From a virus (taxonomy: Duplodnaviria > Heunggongvirae > Uroviricota > Caudoviricetes): a stretch of 64,000 nucleotides of DNA. The notes beneath the pieces were generated by a model. It ran no database searches and was not told where the DNA came from. It saw only the letters and a list, made by a program, of their open reading frames with translations. Of the stretch, positions 55,593 to 63,995 are shown piece after piece. The translations under genes and the position numbers were made by a program. The stretch lies in the IMG/VR virus record IMGVR_UViG_3300045988_005640. One strand, given 5' to 3'. Each line of letters opens with the position of its first letter. The first letter of the stretch is position 1.

Positions 55593-55928
55593 ATGAAAAT
55601 CAAAGAGATGAACATCAACATCGTCTTAGAGGAACGTTGGGAGAACATCAAGAAACCTGAAAATGGTCATAAGTTCCTTAACAAAATTTTAGTAGCAGCT
55701 AAAGAAGAACTGACTGGTAAGATTGCAGCAGCAATCACAATAAAGGTCTGTGTAAAAGGTCTTCCAGACAATCACCAATTTGCACTTGACGAGTTTAAAG
55801 AAAGCTTCTACAATCCAAATAAACAGATGCTTGAAAGTAACTTTGCAGTATCTACAAGTATCGTCCATGACAGAAGCTTTATCCTTTACAAGAATATGAG
55901 AGGTGAGTCATGCAAGCATATTGGATAG
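55593..55928 (+). CDS. Hypothetical protein
   Basis: 111-aa ORF. Confidence 0.3.
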   Translation: MKIKEMNINIVLEERWENIKKPENGHKFLNKILVAAKEELTGKIAAAITIKVCVKGLPDNHQFALDEFKESFYNPNKQMLESNFAVSTSIVHDRSFILYKNMRGESCKHIG

Positions 55929-56086
55929 AAATTTTACTGTCACTTGGTGGCGTAGCAGTGTTTGTTTACCTTCTTTGTAAGTACTATGCAGAGCACAAAA
56001 AATGTGACTACTGTAATGGGGAAGGTTATACAAGAGCAGGTTGTTGCCCTATGTGTGGTGGTTCTGGTAAAATGTTTAACAAGTAA
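55910..56086 (+). CDS. Membrane-anchored mini protein with DnaJ-type CxxCxGxG zinc finger (58 aa, not in ORF track)
   Basis: ATG at 55910 after GAGAGGTGAG RBS; translation MQAYWIEILLSLGGVAVFVYLLCKYYAEHKKCDYCNGEGYTRAGCCPMCGGSGKMFNK: hydrophobic helix then two exact CxxCxGxG repeats. Confidence 0.4.
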   Translation: MQAYWIEILLSLGGVAVFVYLLCKYYAEHKKCDYCNGEGYTRAGCCPMCGGSGKMFNK

Positions 56087-56114
56087 TTTAACAGTAAACT
56101 AAGAGGAAAGTATT

Positions 56115-58481
56115 ATGCGCATGGTAAACGACCACGCAGAAGTGATTAAGAGTTCAACTTCTTTAGAGACGTCTCAAGCACAGATTACAATGACACCTGA
56201 AATGTTCAGCCTTTTGAGTTCTGGTGTATATACCTTTAAAGAAAGGGCAGTGATTCGTGAACTGTCATGTAACGCAGTAGATGCTCAGAAAGAGGCTGGA
56301 AAAGAGAACATCCCGTTCCATGTGCATTTGCCTACTCGTTTTGAGCCTTACTTTGAAGTTCGTGATTTTGGAACTGGATTAACTCATGATAAAGTTATGA
56401 GTTTGTACCTAAACTATGGGGCTTCTACGAAGAATGACTCTAATGACTACATTGGTGCAATGGGTATCGGCTCAAAATCACCATTTGCAATTGCTCAGTC
56501 ATTCACAGTGTCTAGCTATGTTGACGGTGTTGTTAATAAGTACTCTGTTTATCTTGAGAATGGTATCCCTCAAGTAACTAAACTGACCACTAACCCAACA
56601 AAAGAACCTAATGGTTTAGCTGTACGTGTGGCAGTTGCTGACCACCGTATTTCAAAGTTCTTTGAAGAGGCTGGTAATGTATACTCATACTTTGCTGTAA
56701 AACCAGAGAGTAATGTGGAGTATAATGATATATTAGCAGATATGGATGTGATTGCTCGTGAAGAAGGTGTCTATGATGCCATGACTCATAAGCATAGCTG
56801 GCGTTCAAGCAGCAATAGAACAGAGTTTAACGTGGTTATGGGTAATATTGCCTACCCAGTTAATATGGAGGCATTACTTGGTGATGATTTCTTCAAAGTA
56901 TTACCAGAATTTTTCCGCAGGAGCATAGACCTTGTAAACATCTACATGCCTATTGGTTCAGTTGCTATTGCAGCTTCTCGTGAAGCATTGCAGATGAATG
57001 ACACGACAAAAAATGTTATCATCGAGGCTACTAAAAAGATAACTGAAGCAATTACAAAGGATGTTATCAAGAAAGTTAATAGTCAACCTACACTCATGGA
57101 TGCTGCACAGGCTTATGCTGAGTTACGCTTAAACTCACGAGAGATGTTTAATGTTGTGTGTCCAAAGCTAGAGTGGGGAGGTGTTAAGCTTGATTCTCTG
57201 GAAGAAGAATTACTAAACATTCGTCGTGGAATTATCTACGCAGAAGACGGCTCAGTCATTTATGAACGTGACGGCAAAGGCAATATTAAGGTTGATAGGA
57301 ACGGGAACAATATCCCTAAAGTAGATTATCTTTATGACCCAGTTGCTTATGTCAAATTCAACTCTTTAGAGAGTAAGATTCGTGCAACATCGCTTTCCTA
57401 CACTCAAGAGGCAAGCATGTTCAATATCTTTGGCGCAATGCGTAAAAGCCAAATTGAACAGTTTTTGTTTGTTATAAATGACCGTCGCAATAAAAACGGT
57501 ACTGAGAAGACTGTAGGACGCAATCAAATCTTGCGTGGTGCATGTCGAGACTATGCCAGTGAGTCTAGTCTGTTTCACAGATACAATGGTATTGTATTTG
57601 TATTCTCGACTGAAAAAGAGCTAGATGACTTAGTCAATCTACACAAACTTGATAAAAGCTTGTTAAAGATTGTGAAGATGTCTGAGAAGGAACACCATTA
57701 TCAGCGTAAAGAAGCTGTAAGAGGTGTTGTAAAACTCTGGAAAGCTGTTCCAGCAGAAGGTGTAGCTTCCTATAAAGAGGTTTCAGAGGACTTTGATACA
57801 ATTGAAGAGCCTCAGCTTTACATTAAGGCAGTTGGTGATACAGTTGATGGTAGATGTTTTTGCTCATCTCCAGAAGATGTAGCTAAGTCAGTTGCTAATG
57901 TTACAGGTAAGACAGTCTATGTTTTCCGAAAAGCAAATTGGAAAAAGATACCAGAAGATTGGATTGAAGTAGATGAGAAACTCTTGAACGACAGCTTAAC
58001 TGATGTTCACTGGATTAACCATAACAGATATATGACGCGTATCTATATGAATGGTGTCCTTGACCTTACAAGCAGTTGGATTATTGCCAGAAACTTTACG
58101 TTTAATAACAGGAAGATTTCTCGCGGGTATTGTTATTCAAGGGATACTATTAAGACAATCTTCTTAGAAGGGAATGAAGATGCTGTTGAGGCAATGTTTG
58201 GTAAGATTCAGTATGTGGCTGCACCGTTTGCATACACTTACACTATCAGTGTTCTTCAGTATTTGAAGTCATGCCTTGATAATGACACAAAACTGTACAA
58301 AAAGATTAAGAAAGCAGGTGACCGCATGGTTATCAAGCTGACAAACTATCTTTCAAAAAGAAAACAAGAAAACTTCTTGCTTTCACACTTAGATTGGAAT
58401 AAAGTATCACCTATCGAAGTGAGTAAGTTTTTAGGCTTTGATGTGAAGTGTGTTCCAGAAGGGACTACAATTTACGATTAA
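56115..58481 (+). CDS. rIIA: rIIA-like protein with GHKL-type ATPase domain
   Basis: N-terminal Bergerat-fold boxes: RELSCNAVDA (N box), VRDFGTGL (G1), GAMGIGSKS (G2); 788 aa; immediately upstream of rIIB homolog. Confidence 0.65.
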   Translation: MRMVNDHAEVIKSSTSLETSQAQITMTPEMFSLLSSGVYTFKERAVIRELSCNAVDAQKEAGKENIPFHVHLPTRFEPYFEVRDFGTGLTHDKVMSLYLNYGASTKNDSNDYIGAMGIGSKSPFAIAQSFTVSSYVDGVVNKYSVYLENGIPQVTKLTTNPTKEPNGLAVRVAVADHRISKFFEEAGNVYSYFAVKPESNVEYNDILADMDVIAREEGVYDAMTHKHSWRSSSNRTEFNVVMGNIAYPVNMEALLGDDFFKVLPEFFRRSIDLVNIYMPIGSVAIAASREALQMNDTTKNVIIEATKKITEAITKDVIKKVNSQPTLMDAAQAYAELRLNSREMFNVVCPKLEWGGVKLDSLEEELLNIRRGIIYAEDGSVIYERDGKGNIKVDRNGNNIPKVDYLYDPVAYVKFNSLESKIRATSLSYTQEASMFNIFGAMRKSQIEQFLFVINDRRNKNGTEKTVGRNQILRGACRDYASESSLFHRYNGIVFVFSTEKELDDLVNLHKLDKSLLKIVKMSEKEHHYQRKEAVRGVVKLWKAVPAEGVASYKEVSEDFDTIEEPQLYIKAVGDTVDGRCFCSSPEDVAKSVANVTGKTVYVFRKANWKKIPEDWIEVDEKLLNDSLTDVHWINHNRYMTRIYMNGVLDLTSSWIIARNFTFNNRKISRGYCYSRDTIKTIFLEGNEDAVEAMFGKIQYVAAPFAYTYTISVLQYLKSCLDNDTKLYKKIKKAGDRMVIKLTNYLSKRKQENFLLSHLDWNKVSPIEVSKFLGFDVKCVPEGTTIYD

Positions 58482-58486
58482 AGTGT

Positions 58487-58516
58487 TTGACAAGGGGCTT
58501 CAAAGCCCCTTAGAAT
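58487..58516 (+). promoter_or_regulatory. Sigma70-like promoter TTGACA-N18-TAGAAT with hairpin in spacer
   Basis: -35 58487-58492, -10 58511-58516; spacer contains palindrome aaggggctt-caa-agcccctt. Confidence 0.45.
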
Positions 58517-58560
58517 AGCCTCACAAATTGATTGATTAACTAACAAGAGAGAGTAATAAG

Positions 58561-59670
58561 ATGACTACTAAAACTAAAGCACAGATTGACGCAGAAATTT
58601 ACAAACTGGTTAAAGAAGGTAAGCTGACCAAAACAGCTATTGCACAGAAATTTAACACTTCAACCCGTTCAGTTGGTCGTGCTGTAGAGCGTCATGAAGC
58701 AACCTTAAAAGGGAAGAAGAAGGTGACTTCTACACCAGCTACGAAGACTTTGAAGCAAGTTGCTAAGACTTTTAAAAAGAAAGCTGGCAAACCAGTTGAA
58801 AAGGTCGTTAAAGACGCTGTACAGAAAGCTCCAGTAAATAAACTGCACGAAGCTATGCAGAAAGATGACAAGATTGAGTACATGATTACTGGTGATTCTG
58901 TAATTATGACTTATGGTTCAGAATCTGAAATTGTTGAGTCTACTCATCCGAACTATCAAGAGATTGTAGTTCATGTTGTGAAAGGTGAGTTCAAGAAAGC
59001 ATTTGAACTGATGAACATTCGTAAGTCTATCGAAAACTTCACTCAGGGTGCTATCACAATCAAAGGCGACAAGCTATTCTACGGTGCTGTTGAGATGCGT
59101 TCTACTCTGGTTGACCGTATTCTTCACATGATGAAAACTGGCGATAAAGGTTTTGAACGACTTGTAATGTTCTTCGAAAAACTGATGGAAAACCCATCTA
59201 AAGATTCTGTAGAACAACTTTGGGGATTTGTATCTCACCTTGATGTTGAAATTGATGAAGAAGGCTACATCATTGGTTGGAAGAAAGTCTCTACTCGTGA
59301 AGGCAAGCTGGTTGACTCTCACACCTACAAAGTGCCTAATGATTTGGGTAACATTGTAGAAATGCCACGTTGGATGGTTGATAATAACCGTAACGTAACT
59401 TGCTCTCAAGGTCTTCATGTTGGTGCTTGGGATTATGTTCGTTGCTTCTCAGGTGATACAATCCTGAAGGTTCGCGTACATCCACGAGATGTTGTATCTG
59501 TTCCAACTGATTACAACGATATGAAGATGCGTTCCTCTCGTTATGAAGTTGCAGCAATCGTTGATAATCAACGTAAAGTGCTGGAAGCATGGGACGGTAA
59601 GACTGAAGCTTTGCATGTCATCGTTGGCACTGCTGGTGAACTCATCTCTCAACGTAAACGTGAAATCTAA
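58561..59670 (+). CDS. rIIB: rIIB-like protein
   Basis: 369 aa; blocks VRVHPRDVVSVPTDYNDMKMRSSRYEV and CSQGLHV closely resemble T4 rIIB C-terminal region as recalled (not searched). Confidence 0.75.
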   Translation: MTTKTKAQIDAEIYKLVKEGKLTKTAIAQKFNTSTRSVGRAVERHEATLKGKKKVTSTPATKTLKQVAKTFKKKAGKPVEKVVKDAVQKAPVNKLHEAMQKDDKIEYMITGDSVIMTYGSESEIVESTHPNYQEIVVHVVKGEFKKAFELMNIRKSIENFTQGAITIKGDKLFYGAVEMRSTLVDRILHMMKTGDKGFERLVMFFEKLMENPSKDSVEQLWGFVSHLDVEIDEEGYIIGWKKVSTREGKLVDSHTYKVPNDLGNIVEMPRWMVDNNRNVTCSQGLHVGAWDYVRCFSGDTILKVRVHPRDVVSVPTDYNDMKMRSSRYEVAAIVDNQRKVLEAWDGKTEALHVIVGTAGELISQRKREI

Positions 59671-59696
59671 TAAGTAATTTCTTAAAAGGCTGCTTC

Positions 59697-59724
59697 GGCG
59701 GCCTTTTTTATTTGTATTTTGTGC
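59697..59724 (+). terminator. Intrinsic terminator with UUCG tetraloop
   Basis: aaggctgc-ttcg-gcggcctt followed by tttttt. Confidence 0.65.
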
Positions 59725-59750
59725 AGAGTGCTGTATAATTGTTGTCACGA
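59723..59750 (+). promoter_or_regulatory. Candidate promoter TTGTAT-N16-TATAAT
   Basis: Perfect -10 tataat at 59745-59750; contains TGTGCAG motif shared with window-end repeats. Confidence 0.4.
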
Positions 59751-59770
59751 TAAACTAAACAGGAGAACCA

Positions 59771-60319
59771 ATGAAGAAATTGATTCTAGGTTTGTGCTTA
59801 ATGTTTACAGCACACTTATCTTATGCAGTTGACTGCCCAGAGCTATCAATTAGCCAAAAAGTGAACATGTTAAAAGCTTACCAGTATGGTGAGAATAACA
59901 TGGGTAAAGGTTGGGGTATCACTCTAGCAGCTATAGCCTTACAAGAGTCAGAGTTAGGTCTGAAGGTAGAAAATAAAAAGACCCATGACTATGGTATCTT
60001 CCAGAATCACTTGAAGACTGTTGTAAAGCGTAACAAAATTAGTCCTAATGTTGCTAAAAAGAAACTCTTAAAAGATTTTGACTATGCCGCAAAAGAAACA
60101 CATAAAGAGCTTGAGTTTTGGACGAAGGTACATGGTCACCCAAAGTCAAAGAAGACTTTACAAAAAGTTTTAGCATCATATAATGCTGGGTATTCGTACA
60201 GAATCCCTAAAGCTAAGAAATACTCTCAAGATGTCTATAACAATATGAAAGTTATCGCTCAATGTGAATTTGCAACAAACATTTCTAAGGTAAATCATGA
60301 AAAAATTAAGAAAGTCTGA
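59771..60319 (+). CDS. Secreted lytic transglycosylase-like protein (candidate endolysin with signal peptide)
   Basis: N-terminal signal peptide MKKLILGLCLMFTAHLSYA; SLT-type catalytic region AIALQESELG ... DYGIFQ. Confidence 0.5.
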   Translation: MKKLILGLCLMFTAHLSYAVDCPELSISQKVNMLKAYQYGENNMGKGWGITLAAIALQESELGLKVENKKTHDYGIFQNHLKTVVKRNKISPNVAKKKLLKDFDYAAKETHKELEFWTKVHGHPKSKKTLQKVLASYNAGYSYRIPKAKKYSQDVYNNMKVIAQCEFATNISKVNHEKIKKV

Positions 60320-60992
60320 TGAAGTCCTGTGCCACGCTTATGACTTGCATCCTCATGAGTTAGGTCTTGATTCCTGTGTATGGACTCCAGAACAGTGCAG
60401 AGATTTTGAAGACACTGCAAGAGAGGTTGTATGTTCACTTGAAGAGTTCCACACATCAGAACCCATTGTGAACGTTGTGGACAAAGAGACTGGACAAACT
60501 ATAGGTGTAAGGCGTGATAGTTTAGTGATAGTCAATAAAGACCTTGTAGAAAAAGGTAACCTCATCTTAGCAGATATTGATGGTGTTCTTACAAATTTTA
60601 ATCACGAAGATTGCTCAACGGAATTGACTGATGGGTCATTCTCACAGTACACTAATCTTCTTGATTCTGTAAGAGCAAAGCCAACATATGTTTTCAACAT
60701 TATTGATGCAATTGCAAATCATGCAGCAGTTGGACTCTTGACAGCAAGAGGTGAATCTCAGAGAATACCTACTGAGATGTTTTTAAGGCACAATATAGAG
60801 CATGATTACTTGCTTTTTATGCGTGGTTTTGGAACTAACTCTATAAGTGCAGAAAGTTTGAAAGTGAGGATGATTCAGTCTTGCATTCTTCCTTACTTTA
60901 ATATAGTATGCTTTATAGAAGATACAGAGAAGAATGTTCAGAAGGTAAACAGAATCCTTCCACACATTAAAACTATGTTAGTTAAACATTGA
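60297..60992 (+). CDS. HAD-superfamily hydrolase-like protein
   Basis: Motif I LILADIDGVLT (DxDG), motif II GLLTARG, C-terminal FIEDTEKN acidic motif; 231 aa. Confidence 0.4.
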   Translation: MKKLRKSDEVLCHAYDLHPHELGLDSCVWTPEQCRDFEDTAREVVCSLEEFHTSEPIVNVVDKETGQTIGVRRDSLVIVNKDLVEKGNLILADIDGVLTNFNHEDCSTELTDGSFSQYTNLLDSVRAKPTYVFNIIDAIANHAAVGLLTARGESQRIPTEMFLRHNIEHDYLLFMRGFGTNSISAESLKVRMIQSCILPYFNIVCFIEDTEKNVQKVNRILPHIKTMLVKH

Positions 60993-61003
60993 GAGAAGAA
61001 CTT

Positions 61004-61468
61004 ATGAACAATATCATTACGGTAGCACTGGACGATACGGCAAACAAATCTGAAGTAGTTCGTAAAATGATTCAAGGTAACTTTGAAGGTAAAATTTTCC
61101 GTGCTGTTAATGTAAAAGCTGATGGTAGCATTCGCGAATATCGTGCATTGTTGAACGTTAAGAAGCACGTAAAAGGTGTTGGTTCAACGACTGCACACAA
61201 AGAAAACCTGATGACTATCTATGATATGGGTAAGGCTTCAGAGTTAGGTGCTGAAGGTATCGTTAGAGAAGGTGCTCCGTATCGCTCTTTCAATCTGGAA
61301 ACTACTCTTATGCTTTCCTTTACAAGTGGTTCCAAAACAATCACTTATCTCTTTACTGATGCTGCAACGGTATCTGCTATTAAGGATAGCACTGTCAAAG
61401 CTGGCGTAGTTGCTGCTGCAAAAGCTTCTTCGATGGCTGCGAATATCCTTGCTAAAGTCCTCGGTTAA
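61004..61468 (+). CDS. Hypothetical protein
   Basis: ATG at 61004 after GAGAGAAGAA RBS preferred over ORF-track TTG 60989; 154 aa. Confidence 0.3.
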   Translation: MNNIITVALDDTANKSEVVRKMIQGNFEGKIFRAVNVKADGSIREYRALLNVKKHVKGVGSTTAHKENLMTIYDMGKASELGAEGIVREGAPYRSFNLETTLMLSFTSGSKTITYLFTDAATVSAIKDSTVKAGVVAAAKASSMAANILAKVLG

Positions 61469-61479
61469 GGTTAAGATAC

Positions 61480-61506
61480 AGGCTCCTTCGGGAGCCTTTT
61501 TCATTT
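61480..61506 (+). terminator. Intrinsic terminator with UUCG tetraloop
   Basis: aggctcc-ttcg-ggagcct followed by ttttt. Confidence 0.65.
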
Positions 61507-61520
61507 TAGGAGATTGTTAA

Positions 61521-61868
61521 ATGACATTTAAAGAGTTCTGTCAAGCTACTTTCATAATTGTTTTCTTAGTTGGGGCAGGTGTCTGGGGAGGATACTCTTA
61601 CAGAGACTACCAAGTTGCTGAAACTGAGCTAAATAATGAGAAGCTGATAAGTGTTGCTAAAGATGCTTATCAGGAAGGATTAGCTACACTGAGCACTAAT
61701 TACAAAAATGATTTGAAAGATGTGCTTGCTAAGAATAAGCACACAAAAGAGGTACTAACATATGAAAAAACTAAGCCAGAGTTTTATAATGTTTGTGTTA
61801 CTGATAATTATGTCAGGGTGTTCAACGAACAAAGTGAACAGTACATTCAAAAACTCCCAAGTAAGTGA
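61521..61868 (+). CDS. i-spanin candidate (Rz-like)
   Basis: 115 aa; N-terminal TM helix FIIVFLVGAGVWGGY then helical periplasmic domain; contains embedded out-of-frame lipoprotein gene. Confidence 0.5.
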   Translation: MTFKEFCQATFIIVFLVGAGVWGGYSYRDYQVAETELNNEKLISVAKDAYQEGLATLSTNYKNDLKDVLAKNKHTKEVLTYEKTKPEFYNVCVTDNYVRVFNEQSEQYIQKLPSK

Positions 61869-62031
61869 GAGTGATAAGTACACTCAAGAAGATTCAAGAT
61901 TCACTATCAAAGGTAATACTGGTAGTGATGTGGCAGCAGCCCTTGAGTTCTATCGTGATGGATTTTACCAGTGCACAATCAAAGCTAATAACCTTATTGA
62001 TATGATTTTATTAGGAAATAAACAGCAATGA
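61762..62031 (+). CDS. o-spanin candidate (Rz1-like lipoprotein)
   Basis: 89 aa; signal MKKLSQSFIMFVLLIIMSGC with lipobox; starts inside i-spanin gene in +1 frame and extends beyond it; AGAGG RBS. Confidence 0.5.
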   Translation: MKKLSQSFIMFVLLIIMSGCSTNKVNSTFKNSQVSESDKYTQEDSRFTIKGNTGSDVAAALEFYRDGFYQCTIKANNLIDMILLGNKQQ

Positions 62032-62297
62032 CAGAGAATGAAGATACTTTTTACGTAGAAGGGTACTTACTGTTACCGAGACCAAAAGAAACTTATATGC
62101 GAATTGACTTCATACCAACCATTATGGATAATGTGATGTGTCATATCTTTATGCAGGGTGTCACAGCACAGCTTAAGCATGTTGGTAAAGACTGCAAAAT
62201 AAAGGTTGACACTCATCCAGAAATCAAAGAGAATCACTACACATGGTTCTTACCAGACTCTAAAGAAATCTTAGCAGTTCTCAAAACGAGGAAGTAA
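62028..62297 (+). CDS. Hypothetical protein
   Basis: 89-aa ORF, ATGA overlap with o-spanin stop. Confidence 0.3.
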   Translation: MTENEDTFYVEGYLLLPRPKETYMRIDFIPTIMDNVMCHIFMQGVTAQLKHVGKDCKIKVDTHPEIKENHYTWFLPDSKEILAVLKTRK

Positions 62298-62299
62298 CT

Positions 62300-62623
62300 A
62301 TGCAGATTAACGGAAGAGACTTTGTAGCTGTTTACTACGAGAAAGGTAAAGAAGTTGGCGTAGCACAAGTATCTTATGGCAATGGTAAGTGGCTATATGG
62401 AACAATCGCAATGGTAGGAACAAGAAGTGATACAAAAACTTTTAAAGATTGTGTTGACCTTCTTGAAGAATCCATTCAGAATCATTGGTGTCTGATATGG
62501 ATGACTGACAACGAAGTGATAGAACGCTTCAAAAAGATTGATATCAACATTGATAGTATTGAGCATGTTGATTTATATGAGCTAACTGAGAAGGTAAACT
62601 ATGAAAGCTCTAGAAATAATTGA
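62300..62623 (+). CDS. Hypothetical protein
   Basis: 107-aa ORF. Confidence 0.3.
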   Translation: MQINGRDFVAVYYEKGKEVGVAQVSYGNGKWLYGTIAMVGTRSDTKTFKDCVDLLEESIQNHWCLIWMTDNEVIERFKKIDINIDSIEHVDLYELTEKVNYESSRNN

Positions 62624-62828
62624 CAAAGATACTGGAGAAGTCGTATCTGCATGTGTTTTCATGAGCGATGACACAGTAATACCGTTTTACAATCTTGATG
62701 GTTTTAGTTTTACAGGTATAACTCCAGAAGAATACTTTGAAGACCTTACCTTTGCCAGAATTTCTATAGATACATTCTATAAATGCTTCTATGATGAAGG
62801 TAAAGAATTACGAGAAACTGAACTATAA
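62601..62828 (+). CDS. Hypothetical protein
   Basis: 75-aa ORF. Confidence 0.3.
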   Translation: MKALEIIDKDTGEVVSACVFMSDDTVIPFYNLDGFSFTGITPEEYFEDLTFARISIDTFYKCFYDEGKELRETEL

Positions 62829-62840
62829 GGTGTACGTTAT

Positions 62841-63041
62841 ATGGCTGACTTCTGCAAAGACTGTTCTATTGAAATGTTTGGACGTGATACAGGTGACTTA
62901 AAAGGTCTTATCACTGAAGATGACTTTAAAGCTGGCTATGCAATGCCAGTAATCTGTGAAGGTTGTGGATGTATCTGGGTAGACCATGAGGGGCAACGTG
63001 TAAAACCTTCAGAAGATAAAGAATCTTGGGAGAGATGCTAA
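62841..63041 (+). CDS. Small zinc-ribbon protein
   Basis: 66 aa with CKDC...CEGCGC Cys pairs; directly upstream of macro-domain gene. Confidence 0.3.
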   Translation: MADFCKDCSIEMFGRDTGDLKGLITEDDFKAGYAMPVICEGCGCIWVDHEGQRVKPSEDKESWERC

Positions 63042-63827
63042 ATGGGTATTGTAAAAATCATCAATGGTGATATCTTTGCTGCATTTGATAAAGGTAAGTT
63101 TGACATCATTGGTCATGGTTGTAACTGCATGAACCTAATGGGCGCAGGTATCGCTGACAAGATTTCTAAACTTTACCCAAAAGCATATGAGACCGATACA
63201 GAAGTTTATCTATATGCAGGTGGTATAGGACACAAACCCTGTGAGAATTTACTAGGTAATTTCTCTGTAGCACGCTTAAAACAAGGTCGTATAGCTAACC
63301 TTTACACTCAGCTTAAGACTGGTAAAGATGCCCGATACAGTGCTTTAGAGTCATCTTTGAAACAGCTTAACAGATACTGTGAAGTTAATCAGTTGAAGAA
63401 AGTTGGTTTACCTATGATTGGTGCAGGTATCGGTGGACTTGACCCTCAAGCCATCACAGTTATCATCAATCAGGTGATGAAGAGTGTAGATGTTTATCTG
63501 TATGTCTATGAAGGCGAGATGTACCACAAGTTACGCTCAGGTTGGAAGAACTACTGTGAACCAGAATACTTTGCAGGTGTAGCAGTGTTCACAGATAACG
63601 CAGTTACCCTCTTCAGACGAAGAAAAGGTAAGATACATCAAAGTAACCCTCCGGTTGAAAAGATGTCTCTAAGTAACGCTCTAGTTACCCACCTGTCAAA
63701 GAGCAATCACAGAATTGCTGTAACATTTGGTAGTGATGCAGAAGCTTATATCTATGCAAGAACTGATGAGGATATCGAGGCAATCTTCTCTTCACCAGAA
63801 GTTACCTTCTTAGACGCAAAGAACTAA
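63042..63827 (+). CDS. Macro-domain-like protein (ADP-ribose binding/processing fold)
   Basis: INGDIF...DIIGHGCNCMNLMGAGIADKI aligns by eye with macro-domain GDIT...VNAAN..GGGV..AI block; later VGLPMIGAGIGGLDPQ aligns with AFPxISTGxYGxP block; extra about 100-aa C-terminal region. Confidence 0.5.
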   Translation: MGIVKIINGDIFAAFDKGKFDIIGHGCNCMNLMGAGIADKISKLYPKAYETDTEVYLYAGGIGHKPCENLLGNFSVARLKQGRIANLYTQLKTGKDARYSALESSLKQLNRYCEVNQLKKVGLPMIGAGIGGLDPQAITVIINQVMKSVDVYLYVYEGEMYHKLRSGWKNYCEPEYFAGVAVFTDNAVTLFRRRKGKIHQSNPPVEKMSLSNALVTHLSKSNHRIAVTFGSDAEAYIYARTDEDIEAIFSSPEVTFLDAKN

Positions 63828-63899
63828 GAAACTCTGTAGTATATTCACAATAGCCTAAGCCTTTCTTATCTGGTAAATTTTTCAGGTAAGGAGGGCTTT

Positions 63900-63922
63900 T
63901 TCATTTTAGAATTGTGCAGGTA
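63900..63922 (+). repeat. Direct repeat copy A (ttcattttagaattgtgcaggta)
   Basis: 23-nt element repeated 73 nt downstream with 3 mismatches; contains TGTGCAGGTA. Confidence 0.7.
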
Positions 63923-63972
63923 GAGTTCTGTAGAGAAATCTGTAGAGAGAATTTTGAACTCCAAAGAGAAAA

Positions 63973-63995
63973 TTCATTTTCAAACTGTGCAGGTA
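63973..63995 (+). repeat. Direct repeat copy B (ttcattttcaaactgtgcaggta)
   Basis: Second copy of 23-nt element at window end. Confidence 0.7.
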
